A stretch of 64,000 bases of DNA from a virus (Duplodnaviria > Caudoviricetes): the IMG/VR virus record IMGVR_UViG_3300013414_000053, positions 1-64,000 of that record; one strand, given 5' to 3'. The translations under genes were made by a program, and so were the position numbers. The notes beneath the pieces were generated by a model. That model was not told where the DNA came from and ran no database searches. It saw nothing but the letters and a program-made list of their open reading frames with translations. Shown piece after piece: positions 46,867-57,002 of the stretch (position 1 is the first letter of the stretch; each line of letters begins with the position of its first letter).

Positions 46867-48510
46867 ATGGCATCAGATTTAACTTCGCTCCGCACACAGC
46901 GACCCGATCTGGTGCAACAGGTCGAGTACACACTTACCCCTAAATACTATCAGCATAAAGCCTATGAGGATAAACTCGCTATACTGGTATGTCAAATCAA
47001 AATTTGGAAAGCAAATGGGAATAATTGGTTTTCCATACCTTCAGCCAACCAGTGTTTGACCATACGGGAATGTGAAAGTATTGAAATATCTGACTCTGCC
47101 AAAAATCTCATTAATAAAGCAGTTGTCAGATTTCCTCGTGGCACTGTTATCAATCTCTCCAGTCGTAAGGAAAAAGATGTGATGAGTGGTGATAAAGCGG
47201 ATTCAACCGATAAAGAAAACACCCTCAAAACAGCCAATAATGATGGTGATGTCACCTCCACTCCTACTGCATTATTCACTGAAGATGGTGTCTCCACCAC
47301 CTCTATGGCTGCTAATTATGATGATAAGGGCTTAATTGACTTCAACCGCACCAAGACTGAAGCTGCATTGCTTAGTCCTAATGATGTGGCCGTCGGTAAT
47401 CGTATCGAAATACGTTTAGGGTACGCATATTCTGAAACCGAGTTTAAGAAGATGAACACTGCTGACAGTGATCCGAATATGGATGTGGTGTTTACCGGCT
47501 TTATAACCGCTATTTCTGTTGATACTCCCTTGGAGTTAGAGTGTACCAATATGGCCCATATCCTCGCTTCTGTCAGCACACCCAACATATCAGCTAAGGC
47601 CACGTTAATGGTCAAGGATTTTCTTGATGATGACGGAGAATATCATCTTTTGAAAGATACAGGAATACCTCTGGCCGAAGCAAGTAAAGGCTCAACCATT
47701 TCTGTGAGTGGTGGCTCTATCAGCAATAACTTGACCATTGTCGATGTGCTTACTGAATGGAGCAAGAGCGGTGTCCTTTGTATGATTGAAACAAAATCAG
47801 ATGGGTCCGCTCAACTGCGTGTTGGTCTTACTTATTATGCCGGCAAAGGAGGTGGGCTTCCCAATAATGATAAGAAGTACATTACCTATAATGGGGGAAA
47901 CAACTCAGTCAAACTCATTCAGTTTGATTGGGATGTTGCCCAGGATAAACTGAATCTGAAACGCAACGACAAGAAATATCTGGCAGTCGAAGCTCAGGGG
48001 CGCACGAAAGACAATCAATTTTTTAAGCTGACACTCCGAAAAAATCCAAACCCTGATGATGAGGGGTGGATGATTGAAAGTGACGGTCAATTCCAGATTG
48101 TCAATCGCCGAAAGGTAAAGGATCGTAAGAAAATGAAATTTGTCAATGGTACTTATAGCACCAAAAGAATTGAAGGTCATCTTACGGATCCGGCCAAGCT
48201 CGATAAGTACAATGTCATCCAATATCTCTCAACCAAGGTGGGTATTACTGAAGAAGAACTTATTGAGGAGGCAAAACAATATTGGGCCAACTACAACCCC
48301 AATGGTATATCAGGCTCAATAGTGATATTTGGTGATTTGTATATTAAACCTACCGATATAGTGGGATTGATAGATGTACGTCAGCCGGAGAAAAACGGAT
48401 ATTACTATGTCGAAGCTGTGAATACCAGCTTTGGAATGGGTGGTTATCGCCGTGAACTTCATATCCCTTATAAGATAGCCACATTTTCAAAACCAGTTCA
48501 AATCATATAG
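46867..48510 (+). CDS. baseplate hub protein (gpD/gp27-like)
   Basis: Position; C-terminal G.YYVEAVNTSFGMGGYRREL typical of hubs. Confidence 0.65.
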   Translation: MASDLTSLRTQRPDLVQQVEYTLTPKYYQHKAYEDKLAILVCQIKIWKANGNNWFSIPSANQCLTIRECESIEISDSAKNLINKAVVRFPRGTVINLSSRKEKDVMSGDKADSTDKENTLKTANNDGDVTSTPTALFTEDGVSTTSMAANYDDKGLIDFNRTKTEAALLSPNDVAVGNRIEIRLGYAYSETEFKKMNTADSDPNMDVVFTGFITAISVDTPLELECTNMAHILASVSTPNISAKATLMVKDFLDDDGEYHLLKDTGIPLAEASKGSTISVSGGSISNNLTIVDVLTEWSKSGVLCMIETKSDGSAQLRVGLTYYAGKGGGLPNNDKKYITYNGGNNSVKLIQFDWDVAQDKLNLKRNDKKYLAVEAQGRTKDNQFFKLTLRKNPNPDDEGWMIESDGQFQIVNRRKVKDRKKMKFVNGTYSTKRIEGHLTDPAKLDKYNVIQYLSTKVGITEEELIEEAKQYWANYNPNGISGSIVIFGDLYIKPTDIVGLIDVRQPEKNGYYYVEAVNTSFGMGGYRRELHIPYKIATFSKPVQII

Positions 48511-48512
48511 TT

Positions 48513-49445
48513 ATGTCGCTTAAAGGAGAAATCAACAAATATTTAGGAGATGTCAGACGTTCTGTAGGGCAAATGGCCCGACAAGGGATGACTGGTCCTG
48601 ATGGTGCTGTGCGTGGCACCAAGAAAATTCTGGGATATGTATGTGCTATTCACGAAGAGGGAGATTTAGCTGGCACTATTGACGTTCAGGAATTTAACTA
48701 TGAACCTGATGAATATCCAATTATGGGTACTGGTCATCACGAAGGGGTATTGCTTTCTGCTATTCAGGATAATTCCCAGGGTGTGCTGATTGTTCCGGTG
48801 CTTTATTCGGAAGTTGTCATTACTCAAAATCCCACCGATGGCCGTGAATATGTGCTGATGTATAGTCACGCAAAGCGTATTCAATTTTTAGCTCAATCTA
48901 TCGAAGGTGAAGATGATGGGGAAATTGAGATTGGTGTTACCGAAACGGAAAAGCCTGTTGAAACAGATGATGGGCTGGATAAGGATTATTATGAGCTGGA
49001 GCCTACCAAAAATAAAACCAACACAAAATATACTTCCAAATCCATCACTGATCAAATCACCTCTCCAGATGATGAAGAAGGCTTTAAGCAAGAAAAAACT
49101 GTTGAGCATAAAATTATTACTGTGGGAGACACCAAAATTACTATTGATGGTGAGAATGTGATAATCGAGACAAGTGGTAAGGTTTCATTCACGGTTGGAG
49201 GCACCAGCATTACTGAAGAGGACGGCTCTGTCAATATTAAGACCGATAAGGCCAAAATCGAAACAAGCAGTTGTGAAATCAAAGGCTCCGACGTAAAAGT
49301 TGACGGAACTTCAGTTACCATTACCGGTGGCACTCTCAAAACCAAAGGAGTATCAGCTACCGACTTAAATGGACCGTTCAATGCCATTAAAGTGTGTCCT
49401 TTCAGTGGCGCTCCTCATTGTGGATCATCAGTTAGTGGAACTTAA
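48513..49445 (+). CDS. baseplate spike protein (gpV-like)
   Basis: OB-fold-like N-terminus, beta-repeat C-terminus, CPFSGAPHC tip motif. Confidence 0.7.
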   Translation: MSLKGEINKYLGDVRRSVGQMARQGMTGPDGAVRGTKKILGYVCAIHEEGDLAGTIDVQEFNYEPDEYPIMGTGHHEGVLLSAIQDNSQGVLIVPVLYSEVVITQNPTDGREYVLMYSHAKRIQFLAQSIEGEDDGEIEIGVTETEKPVETDDGLDKDYYELEPTKNKTNTKYTSKSITDQITSPDDEEGFKQEKTVEHKIITVGDTKITIDGENVIIETSGKVSFTVGGTSITEEDGSVNIKTDKAKIETSSCEIKGSDVKVDGTSVTITGGTLKTKGVSATDLNGPFNAIKVCPFSGAPHCGSSVSGT

Positions 49446-49447
49446 TT

Positions 49448-50023
49448 ATGAGTAAGTCAGCTTTTGCACAAACAATCATATCAAAACTCAAAAGTTCAAT
49501 AGGCACTTCCGGCAAAGATTATTCTGCCGGGAGTGTCACTGCCGCTATGAGTGCAGTAGCAGCTGGAATTACTGAGTATCTGGTAGCCAACACTACAGTC
49601 GTAGTTGCTTATGTTGGTATTATCCCTGGCGTTCCACCTGCCCCAGATCCATTAGTGTCCGACACTTTTAAGATTGTTGGCAGTTGCGCTCCCACTGGTC
49701 CATCGAATAGTTTTGATAGTTGGATTAAACAAATTGAGGCCAATATTATTGCTGGATTTCAATTAACTCCAATGGGCAACGGAGGACTGGTTTTTCCACA
49801 AAAACCATTTTTACCGATAGGAATTGTAACAACTCAGGCCAATCTGAAAGCTACACACGATGTTGGAGATAAAGACCCACAACAAAAGGTCTGGGAAGTG
49901 GTATGTGGGGGAATTATGGACTGGATAAACAGTCTTGCAATGAATGTGACTCCCGGTGCCGCCACTCATCCAGCCGTATCATCCACCGGCACAGCAACTA
50001 TAACCAAAATAACCATAAGTTGA
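49448..50023 (+). CDS. hypothetical baseplate-region protein
   Basis: 191-aa ORF. Confidence 0.65.
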   Translation: MSKSAFAQTIISKLKSSIGTSGKDYSAGSVTAAMSAVAAGITEYLVANTTVVVAYVGIIPGVPPAPDPLVSDTFKIVGSCAPTGPSNSFDSWIKQIEANIIAGFQLTPMGNGGLVFPQKPFLPIGIVTTQANLKATHDVGDKDPQQKVWEVVCGGIMDWINSLAMNVTPGAATHPAVSSTGTATITKITIS

Positions 50024-50066
50024 GCCATCAGATTTGACTATTATAGATAAAACGCAGTCAAGAAAG

Positions 50067-51449
50067 ATGGTAAGAGACTTAATCATAGATATGAAGGAGC
50101 GCGACTTGTTAACCGAGGACAAGTCCAATGCTTCAGTGCCGATGTTCGACTCATTGTGGGGTAATATCTTCGATGAGGATAAAGAACTTAACATTCTTAT
50201 CTGTAACATTATTATTCCCGAAGCCTACTGGAGTATTGTAGGATATGAAGATGGCGAAATGACTTGCCGTTTCAAATCTTCATACATACCCAATACCAGC
50301 AATTTCAGAATCAGACTTGTAGGATTACGCGATGGCAAGTATTATGTCTTTGAAAGAATCAGAGGCGATTTTGGTTTGCCAGTAAATAGCTATGTCCTTA
50401 GCAAGAATATTGCCGCCCCCATACCGGCTTGTATGCTTCCATTCATAGATATTGATGGGGAATTTATGATCAAGATGGTGCAAAACAGTAAATCTGAGGT
50501 ACTGGATAAGGCATATATCTACTCCGCAAAAAGCACTGACATCAGTATCAATTACAGTGATGATCAGGCTTCCCAGCTCCTGACATTATGTGCGCCCGGA
50601 AAAAGTTATAGATACCCGACAACTGGAGTGGGCATTACCAAATATTTGAATTGTGTAGTAGCTCATTCTGATTTACAGAAAGTTCTGGAAGCTCAATTTA
50701 ACGGCGATAAGAAACCCATTCAGGATGCAGAATTTGATAACGAGACGTGTAAGCTCGATGTGCTTTTTAGCCCTGAAAAGGAAGAATCAGATATAGGCTT
50801 AGATGATATTGATGACCTCAATCTCTCATTCTTCAGTCTGTTTACCGATGAATATGTGCGACGCAATGTAGTTCTGAATGAACTATCAGATACCGATTTT
50901 ATGGAGCTGTTAAATGGCTATCCCTACGTTCTTAATATTCTTCTGTTTACGGACTATACAACCAGTGTTTCCAGAATAGCCAATAAGGTCGAACCCGGTC
51001 AATTCAATGGTGTGGGAGAGATTGTTCCAAGTGATCAATACTACATCGTTTCTGATACCTTAGAGGCGAATACCATAGTTATGTTCAACGATGAGACCGA
51101 GGATAATGTAAAGGACGCTCCAATTTTCATCATCAATGATAACGATGAGACCCGACTCTATACCGCATTGGTCGAACAACCATACTGGCTCACTGAAACT
51201 TGCCACAAGTGCTTTATCCTAAAGCGCCGGGCAGTGGTGAAATATATGATTCGCCAAGATCAATTCCACGCAGGAAAGGGATTGTATATGGTGCCTCAAA
51301 CAAGTGCCAATATCAAGAATATGCTTGGACTGGTACAAGACATTCATACCGGCCGACTCCTTGGTATCGTATCAAACAGCACCAACATCAGTGATATGAC
51401 ACTGGATGAAATCACTCAGCATATTTACGCAACTCAAATAAATCAATAG
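50067..51449 (+). CDS. hypothetical structural protein
   Basis: ORF 50034..51449; ATG at 50067 follows ACTATTA. Confidence 0.7.
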   Translation: MVRDLIIDMKERDLLTEDKSNASVPMFDSLWGNIFDEDKELNILICNIIIPEAYWSIVGYEDGEMTCRFKSSYIPNTSNFRIRLVGLRDGKYYVFERIRGDFGLPVNSYVLSKNIAAPIPACMLPFIDIDGEFMIKMVQNSKSEVLDKAYIYSAKSTDISINYSDDQASQLLTLCAPGKSYRYPTTGVGITKYLNCVVAHSDLQKVLEAQFNGDKKPIQDAEFDNETCKLDVLFSPEKEESDIGLDDIDDLNLSFFSLFTDEYVRRNVVLNELSDTDFMELLNGYPYVLNILLFTDYTTSVSRIANKVEPGQFNGVGEIVPSDQYYIVSDTLEANTIVMFNDETEDNVKDAPIFIINDNDETRLYTALVEQPYWLTETCHKCFILKRRAVVKYMIRQDQFHAGKGLYMVPQTSANIKNMLGLVQDIHTGRLLGIVSNSTNISDMTLDEITQHIYATQINQ

Positions 51450-51450
51450 T

Positions 51451-53778
51451 ATGAGTATTAATAATGACAATATAGTCAAAATTGGTGTTGCCTTAAAATG
51501 GCGAAACACTTTTGACTTAACCAAGAAATACTACCAAGAGAACGTGGTCACGGCGTGTGGCTGCGTCTTTAGGTGTAAAGTATTGCAGGCCCAGGGGAAA
51601 ACCCCAATCAAGATGACTGATGACCAGGGGCACATTGTCTATACCAATACTGATGTGTGGGATGTGCTGGTTGATATGGCATATTATTACAATTATGCCG
51701 TTGATACTCGCAAACTTACACAGCAAATGTTGGATTATACCAAGAAACTGGATGAGGCTTTTCAAAAGCAACAGAAGGAAATCGAGGCACTTCAGGAGGA
51801 CAATCGAGACCAATGGGGTCACATCAACGACATTGAAAAAGTCAATACCGAACAACAGCGGGAGTTAAATTCAATTTTTGACACCATCAGCTGTTTCAGT
51901 GAAGGAATCTGGATTGATACTCTTCTGTGGAGTAATGAAACAATCTGGGATAACAACAAGTACGCCATTACTGACGATTTGCAAAATCAGATAAACGTTT
52001 TGGACGAAAACCATCGTCAAGACATAGAAGATTTAACTGAGAAGCATAACACAGAAATAAGCGCACTTGCTGCTCATGTCGCACGCCAAGAGAAGATTCA
52101 GATGGGTATCAATGAGTACCTTCAGGATCAGGTGTATGATTTGAATAATTCTTTCAGCTGTTTCAACACCGGTGTATGGGAAAATGACTTGCATTGGAGC
52201 CAGGAAGCATTGTGGGATAATAACAAATACGCTATCACTGATGCTCTTGCTGCTGATATAAAGAAACTTGACGAACACCTATCAAAAAGCGATAAGGCGT
52301 TTGAGGAGGCAATGCTTGAAAATGCTAAAGAGCATGGGTTAGTTAATACCCATCTCCAAAAGCATGATAGGGAAATGAAAGACCTTCAGGACCTTATCAA
52401 AGAGCACGATGAGCAGATTATCGACCTTATTGATACTCTTGCTTGCTTCAGTAATGGCTATTGGGATAATGGCCTGAAATGGAGCAATGTCGCTCTGTGG
52501 GAAAATTCTAATCTGATGTATAATATGTTTGAGGATATTTATTCTCAAATTGAAGGTCATCAGAAATCTATTGAGAATCTGACCAAAGAGATACAGAAAA
52601 TCAATACTGAGAAGGAAAATACATTAAAGGTTATCAATAAGACTTTTGATGATTTCCGTAAGGAACATGAGGATTTCCGCAAAGAGCATAAAGAGTTTGC
52701 CAAAGAGCACGATGAGTTCAAAAAAGAACATCAGACCATAACCGGCAGACTCGATGGGCTTGATACCAAACAGGAGGGTCAGCAACATGAAATTGATTCT
52801 CTTCTTTATCGCATTTCCATTCTCACCAATGGAGTATGGGATAATAATCTCTTGTGGATAAATGAATCTGAGTGGACCAACACAAATCTCAATGGTTCTT
52901 GTCATTGCCCGACAGATACCGAAGAACGTTTGGATGAACTTCAGGCAGGTCTTGAAGCCACAACTCAGAGAATATCTGATGCAGAAGAGAATATCAAAGT
53001 TATCATATCTGATGTTGAGGTAAACGCTTCGGTCATTGCTGATAATGCTGATGAAATTGAAATCATTAAGCAAAATGCGGTCACAGAACACCAAAATGTC
53101 GCTTACCAGCTTCGTGCCATAAGACGTGAGCAAACTGCACAAGATGATAATATCGCTAAATTAGGTGAACATTTTGGCTGTTTTGTCGATGGTGTCTGGG
53201 GAGATCTTTTTATTTGGAATAATGACCACCTATGGGCTAATGGCGCCGGAGTAATTGATGAGGCTATTGCCGATACCAATGAAAGGATTGACGTAATCAG
53301 TGAAGAGATTGATAACATCAATCAGAGAGCCGAAGATCATCAGTCTGAATATCAGAAAATGCTCGATGACATCCGAGCTTATAACGGATGTTTTGAGAAA
53401 GGCGAATGGGCAGACCCCTTCTTCTGGAATGATACGGATATATGGTACAACTCTCCCAATAGTATCTCCGAAGCAGAGAACGACATCATCAGTCACAACA
53501 GCCGTCTGACAGCTCTGGAATCTCAGTTTGTTCTCTTCATTCAGCAATATACTACTCAACAGACTATTATTGAACAGCACCAGAACCAACTTGAAACATT
53601 AATGGATTGCTTTACAGTCCTTAATGTCGGGAAATGGCAAAATCTGTTGCTTTGGGATAATACCTCAAAATGGTCAAATGCCCTGATTACTGAAGCTGCA
53701 GCTTCTGTAGGGACTGGAGGATCTTCGACTGTAACAGTAAAGTCTTACGACCCCGATACAGCTACAGTCACAATCTAA
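51451..53778 (+). CDS. fibre-like protein with alternating coiled coils and seven W-x5-W-x5-W repeats
   Basis: Repeats read from the translation. Confidence 0.75.
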   Translation: MSINNDNIVKIGVALKWRNTFDLTKKYYQENVVTACGCVFRCKVLQAQGKTPIKMTDDQGHIVYTNTDVWDVLVDMAYYYNYAVDTRKLTQQMLDYTKKLDEAFQKQQKEIEALQEDNRDQWGHINDIEKVNTEQQRELNSIFDTISCFSEGIWIDTLLWSNETIWDNNKYAITDDLQNQINVLDENHRQDIEDLTEKHNTEISALAAHVARQEKIQMGINEYLQDQVYDLNNSFSCFNTGVWENDLHWSQEALWDNNKYAITDALAADIKKLDEHLSKSDKAFEEAMLENAKEHGLVNTHLQKHDREMKDLQDLIKEHDEQIIDLIDTLACFSNGYWDNGLKWSNVALWENSNLMYNMFEDIYSQIEGHQKSIENLTKEIQKINTEKENTLKVINKTFDDFRKEHEDFRKEHKEFAKEHDEFKKEHQTITGRLDGLDTKQEGQQHEIDSLLYRISILTNGVWDNNLLWINESEWTNTNLNGSCHCPTDTEERLDELQAGLEATTQRISDAEENIKVIISDVEVNASVIADNADEIEIIKQNAVTEHQNVAYQLRAIRREQTAQDDNIAKLGEHFGCFVDGVWGDLFIWNNDHLWANGAGVIDEAIADTNERIDVISEEIDNINQRAEDHQSEYQKMLDDIRAYNGCFEKGEWADPFFWNDTDIWYNSPNSISEAENDIISHNSRLTALESQFVLFIQQYTTQQTIIEQHQNQLETLMDCFTVLNVGKWQNLLLWDNTSKWSNALITEAAASVGTGGSSTVTVKSYDPDTATVTI

Positions 53779-53838
53779 AAACTCTATTTACGAGGGAGTA
53801 ATGACTCGTAATTTTATATACTTCACATAAATAACAAA

Positions 53839-54696
53839 ATGGCAGATCTTAAAGTTACACGCTTTGTCATTGGCGGAGAATCCTTCGTCATCCCAGCTGC
53901 TGCTTCTGACCAGGCAGGTTTGATGTCTCCTGAAGATTTCAACAAACTTGCCGGCATTTCAGCAGGTGCAGAAGCTAATGTACTGGAAGGTGTCAAGGTT
54001 AACGGGGTTGCTCTCAGTATCGCTTCCAAAATTGTCGATATTCTGATTGCAACAGGTTCGACCAACGGCACCATCTCAGTGCAAGGAACCGATGTTCCTA
54101 TCAAGGGCCTCGCTGCTCTTGCTTATAAGGCCAATGTGTCAGCTGATGAGCTGGACGCAGCTTTGAAGGCGGTTATCGACGCTAAAGCCGAATCTTCTGA
54201 GGTATCTGTCCTCAGTGGCAAAATCGACACCCTTAACGGCACTGGATCCGGGTCAGTTTCCAAGGCGATCACAGACGCCTTCAACGACTTCGCCACCAAG
54301 GTTTCCGATGATGGTGTAGTAAACTCCTACAAAGAACTCATCGACTGGGTTGCTGAACATGGTGGTGAAGCTGCTCAGATGACTGCGGCAATTACCAACA
54401 TTGAAAATCTTTTGACAGGGATTGGTGGTGAAGGTGACCCCGCTACAGTCAAGGCCGCTATTGCCGCCGCAATCAACGACCTCAACATTGGTAACTATTA
54501 TACCAAGACTGAGGTAGATACCGCTCTGAATGGCAAAGTCAGCAAAGAGGACGGTAAAGGTCTTTCTCAGAATGACTTTACCAACGCATTCAAATCCAAA
54601 CTTGACGGAATACAGGCCGGTGCCACCGCAAACACTGTAGCGTATGACGCTGCCACTCAGACCGTCACGCTTTCCGGATTTTCAGTAGCGGAATAA
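53839..54696 (+). CDS. putative tail/head fibre protein
   Basis: A/G/D-rich; GLMSPEDFNKLAGI and KVSKEDGKGLSQNDFT..KSKLDGI motifs are common in phage fibres. Confidence 0.65.
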   Translation: MADLKVTRFVIGGESFVIPAAASDQAGLMSPEDFNKLAGISAGAEANVLEGVKVNGVALSIASKIVDILIATGSTNGTISVQGTDVPIKGLAALAYKANVSADELDAALKAVIDAKAESSEVSVLSGKIDTLNGTGSGSVSKAITDAFNDFATKVSDDGVVNSYKELIDWVAEHGGEAAQMTAAITNIENLLTGIGGEGDPATVKAAIAAAINDLNIGNYYTKTEVDTALNGKVSKEDGKGLSQNDFTNAFKSKLDGIQAGATANTVAYDAATQTVTLSGFSVAE

Positions 54697-54715
54697 ACTC
54701 TAAAAACTTATCGCA

Positions 54716-55177
54716 ATGGCAGATACTTCAAAAAAATTCCAAGCACTCAAAATAGCAGGTCAAGATTTTAGTATTCAGTCTTGCTGGGAGCAGTTAGGAC
54801 TTACTAAAACTTATATGCTTGCTCTTTTGAGTCGTGATGAGTACACTCCCGTTGCGACTCAACAGCCCACTGAAACAGACACTCTATATACAGACCCGGC
54901 AAGTGGGAACCTCGCTGGTTTCCACGCTGGGCAATGTGTAATCTACCCCGACAATCAAGTTTCTGATGGCTGGGGGCTTTCGATTGCTAAGAATGTAGTT
55001 CTCAATGCTCAGGGAATACCTACCAAAATCGCTTGGTTCCACGCCACTGAGATGGAGAAACGGCTTAGTAATCTGGAAGAAAAATTCATAATCACCCATT
55101 ACGGCGTAATAGGTACTGGATTATGGATTAATGAGTATTCTTGGCAACAGGACGCTGTGTGGGATAACGGGATTTAG
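54716..55177 (+). CDS. hypothetical fibre-associated protein ending in a W-x5-W-x5-W motif
   Basis: 153-aa ORF. Confidence 0.65.
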   Translation: MADTSKKFQALKIAGQDFSIQSCWEQLGLTKTYMLALLSRDEYTPVATQQPTETDTLYTDPASGNLAGFHAGQCVIYPDNQVSDGWGLSIAKNVVLNAQGIPTKIAWFHATEMEKRLSNLEEKFIITHYGVIGTGLWINEYSWQQDAVWDNGI

Positions 55178-55238
55178 AGTTTGAATGACTCGATACTATT
55201 ATATATAAACCAACAGTTTTTTAATTCAATTTTTCAAC

Positions 55239-56057
55239 ATGGCAGAAAAAGTTTTAACAATGGAAGATGACTGGGGTGCAAAGGGTGCCCAGGCAACTGG
55301 TGCTCAGGTCCAGAAATTCTTGAAAGATCAGATCAAGTCTCTGCATGACAAGGACGTCACTCTTCAGAATCAGGTCGACACTCTTTCCAACAATCAGCTG
55401 GAAGCTAACCCGCAGCTTCAGGCAGCCACTGACGGCTGTTTCGTGATCTACCACCGTAAGAGCGATAACTGGCCTTTCGCTGTTCCCTACTGGAAGTGGG
55501 CTGACCTCGAAGCCGCTGGTGAAGTTGCTGATGGTGTTCTCGTTCTCATTGACGGTCAGGCACCAATCATCGTTTCTCCCACCGGCACTCAGCTCACATG
55601 GTCGAAAAACGCTATCGCAGTCAATGCCGATACCGGCGGCGACTACAACAAAGCGTATGTTGACTACTCAGGCAAGACCCGCACCGCCGCTATCATGGCC
55701 AAAGGTGTCGAACTCTTCGGTGAAGAGGAAGAGACCTGGATCCAGTTTGCGCCTGCATGGTGCAACGCCTACGATCGCTCCTACATCAATGACAATGGCG
55801 AAACAGTCGGTATCGGCGCTGGCCAATGGTGGCTCCCCTCTATCGCAGAGCTGATCACCATCTGGAAGCACAAATACGCCATCAATCTGTGCCTCTCAGT
55901 CATTTCGGGCGCCAGCCCGCTGGTTGAGTCATGGCATTGGTCATCAACTGAGGGCTCGGCGGCGGGCGCTTGGGGCTTGTACCTGGACGGCGGCTTCCTC
56001 TGGCGCCCTAAGGTCGCGGGCAGCCTCTACGTCCGTGCCGTGGCAGCATTTCATTAA
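55239..56057 (+). CDS. adjacent DGR target protein (DUF1566/C-type-lectin-like), probable receptor-binding protein
   Basis: WWLPSIAEL, WHWSSTE..AW...YVRAVAAFH; 3' end aligns to the TR. Confidence 0.93.
   Translation: MAEKVLTMEDDWGAKGAQATGAQVQKFLKDQIKSLHDKDVTLQNQVDTLSNNQLEANPQLQAATDGCFVIYHRKSDNWPFAVPYWKWADLEAAGEVADGVLVLIDGQAPIIVSPTGTQLTWSKNAIAVNADTGGDYNKAYVDYSGKTRTAAIMAKGVELFGEEEETWIQFAPAWCNAYDRSYINDNGETVGIGAGQWWLPSIAELITIWKHKYAINLCLSVISGASPLVESWHWSSTEGSAAGAWGLYLDGGFLWRPKVAGSLYVRAVAAFH
55947..56053 (+). repeat. DGR variable region VR1
   Basis: 107 nt versus the 113-nt TR: 20 substitutions, all at TR adenines, plus a 6-nt deletion. Confidence 0.95.
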
Positions 56058-56063
56058 CCCTTT

Positions 56064-56134
56064 ATCTCTTCAACCCTTTAACTCTTCGGAGCGTAGCGAC
56101 GAGCGAGCGAAGCGAGCATAAGGGTTGAAGAGAT
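56064..56134 (+). other. hairpin/cruciform downstream of VR1 (putative retrohoming element)
   Basis: 15-bp perfect stem 56064-56078/56120-56134. Confidence 0.7.
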
Positions 56135-56323
56135 CCACACATTCAACTTATCTCAAAGTTGTTGTCGCCATCTTTGGAAGGTTCAGGATTATGTTCCAGA
56201 ACTTTGAGATAAGCAATGTGTGTCAATGGGTTATCCAAATGATGATTGAGCTGGTTATCTCTTTGGTAATCAGCTCAATATACGATAAATGATTAAAGCA
56301 GTGTATGTTAAAACCCCGTTGCG

Positions 56324-56707
56324 ATGGCTTTATCTAACGAATTGCCGGTTTATGTTGAAACCTATCATTATATTCAAGCAGTGATTGACACTCAAAAGAA
56401 TTTTCCAAGGGATGTAAAACACACCGTTGGTCAAGAATGGATTAGAGTTGCTATCTCATTGCCTACTTTTATAGTTAAGGCAAATATGTTCAAAAGTGAA
56501 CGAGAAGCATACTTGACTGATTTCATTTGTGAGTTTGAACACTGCAAACTGATAGTAAGACTTGCTGGCGATAATCGTTGGATAAGCCGGAAGCAGCAAT
56601 CCAACCTCATGTATTTGGAGGCGACTATTGGCAAACAAGTGACAGCATGGAAGAACGCATCGAAAAAGAGGTATCGAAAACGTACATCTCCTGAAGATGC
56701 TGATTAA
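56324..56707 (+). CDS. avd: DGR accessory variability determinant (four-helix bundle)
   Basis: LPVY..Y, FPRDVKHTVGQ, IGKQVTAWK motifs; lies between target and TR. Confidence 0.88.
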   Translation: MALSNELPVYVETYHYIQAVIDTQKNFPRDVKHTVGQEWIRVAISLPTFIVKANMFKSEREAYLTDFICEFEHCKLIVRLAGDNRWISRKQQSNLMYLEATIGKQVTAWKNASKKRYRKRTSPEDAD

Positions 56708-56823
56708 TCGGTGCAACGCACAGAGTATGGAAGGCTAAGGCTGCCCATAGAGTATGCGCTTCCGTGAGAAATGGGGGTATTACTGCCTAAATGTAGTTAA
56801 GGATAAGAAAACATACCCGATAC

Positions 56824-56936
56824 ACTGAGAACTCGGCGACGAACGCTTGGAACTTGAACCTGAACGACGGCAACCTCAACAACTGGAACACTAAGGTCAC
56901 GAACAGCAACTACGTCCGTGCCGTGGCAGCATTTCA
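56824..56936 (+). ncRNA. DGR template repeat (TR)
   Basis: AAC-rich non-coding copy of both VRs between avd and RT; ends GCATTTCAACG versus GCATTTCATTAA in the VRs (IMH*/IMH pattern). Confidence 0.95.
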
Positions 56937-57002
56937 ACGAATCGCATTTTTGCAAAATAGATAAGACTAATTATAAATGGCATTATCACTTTTAGTGCTG
57001 AT

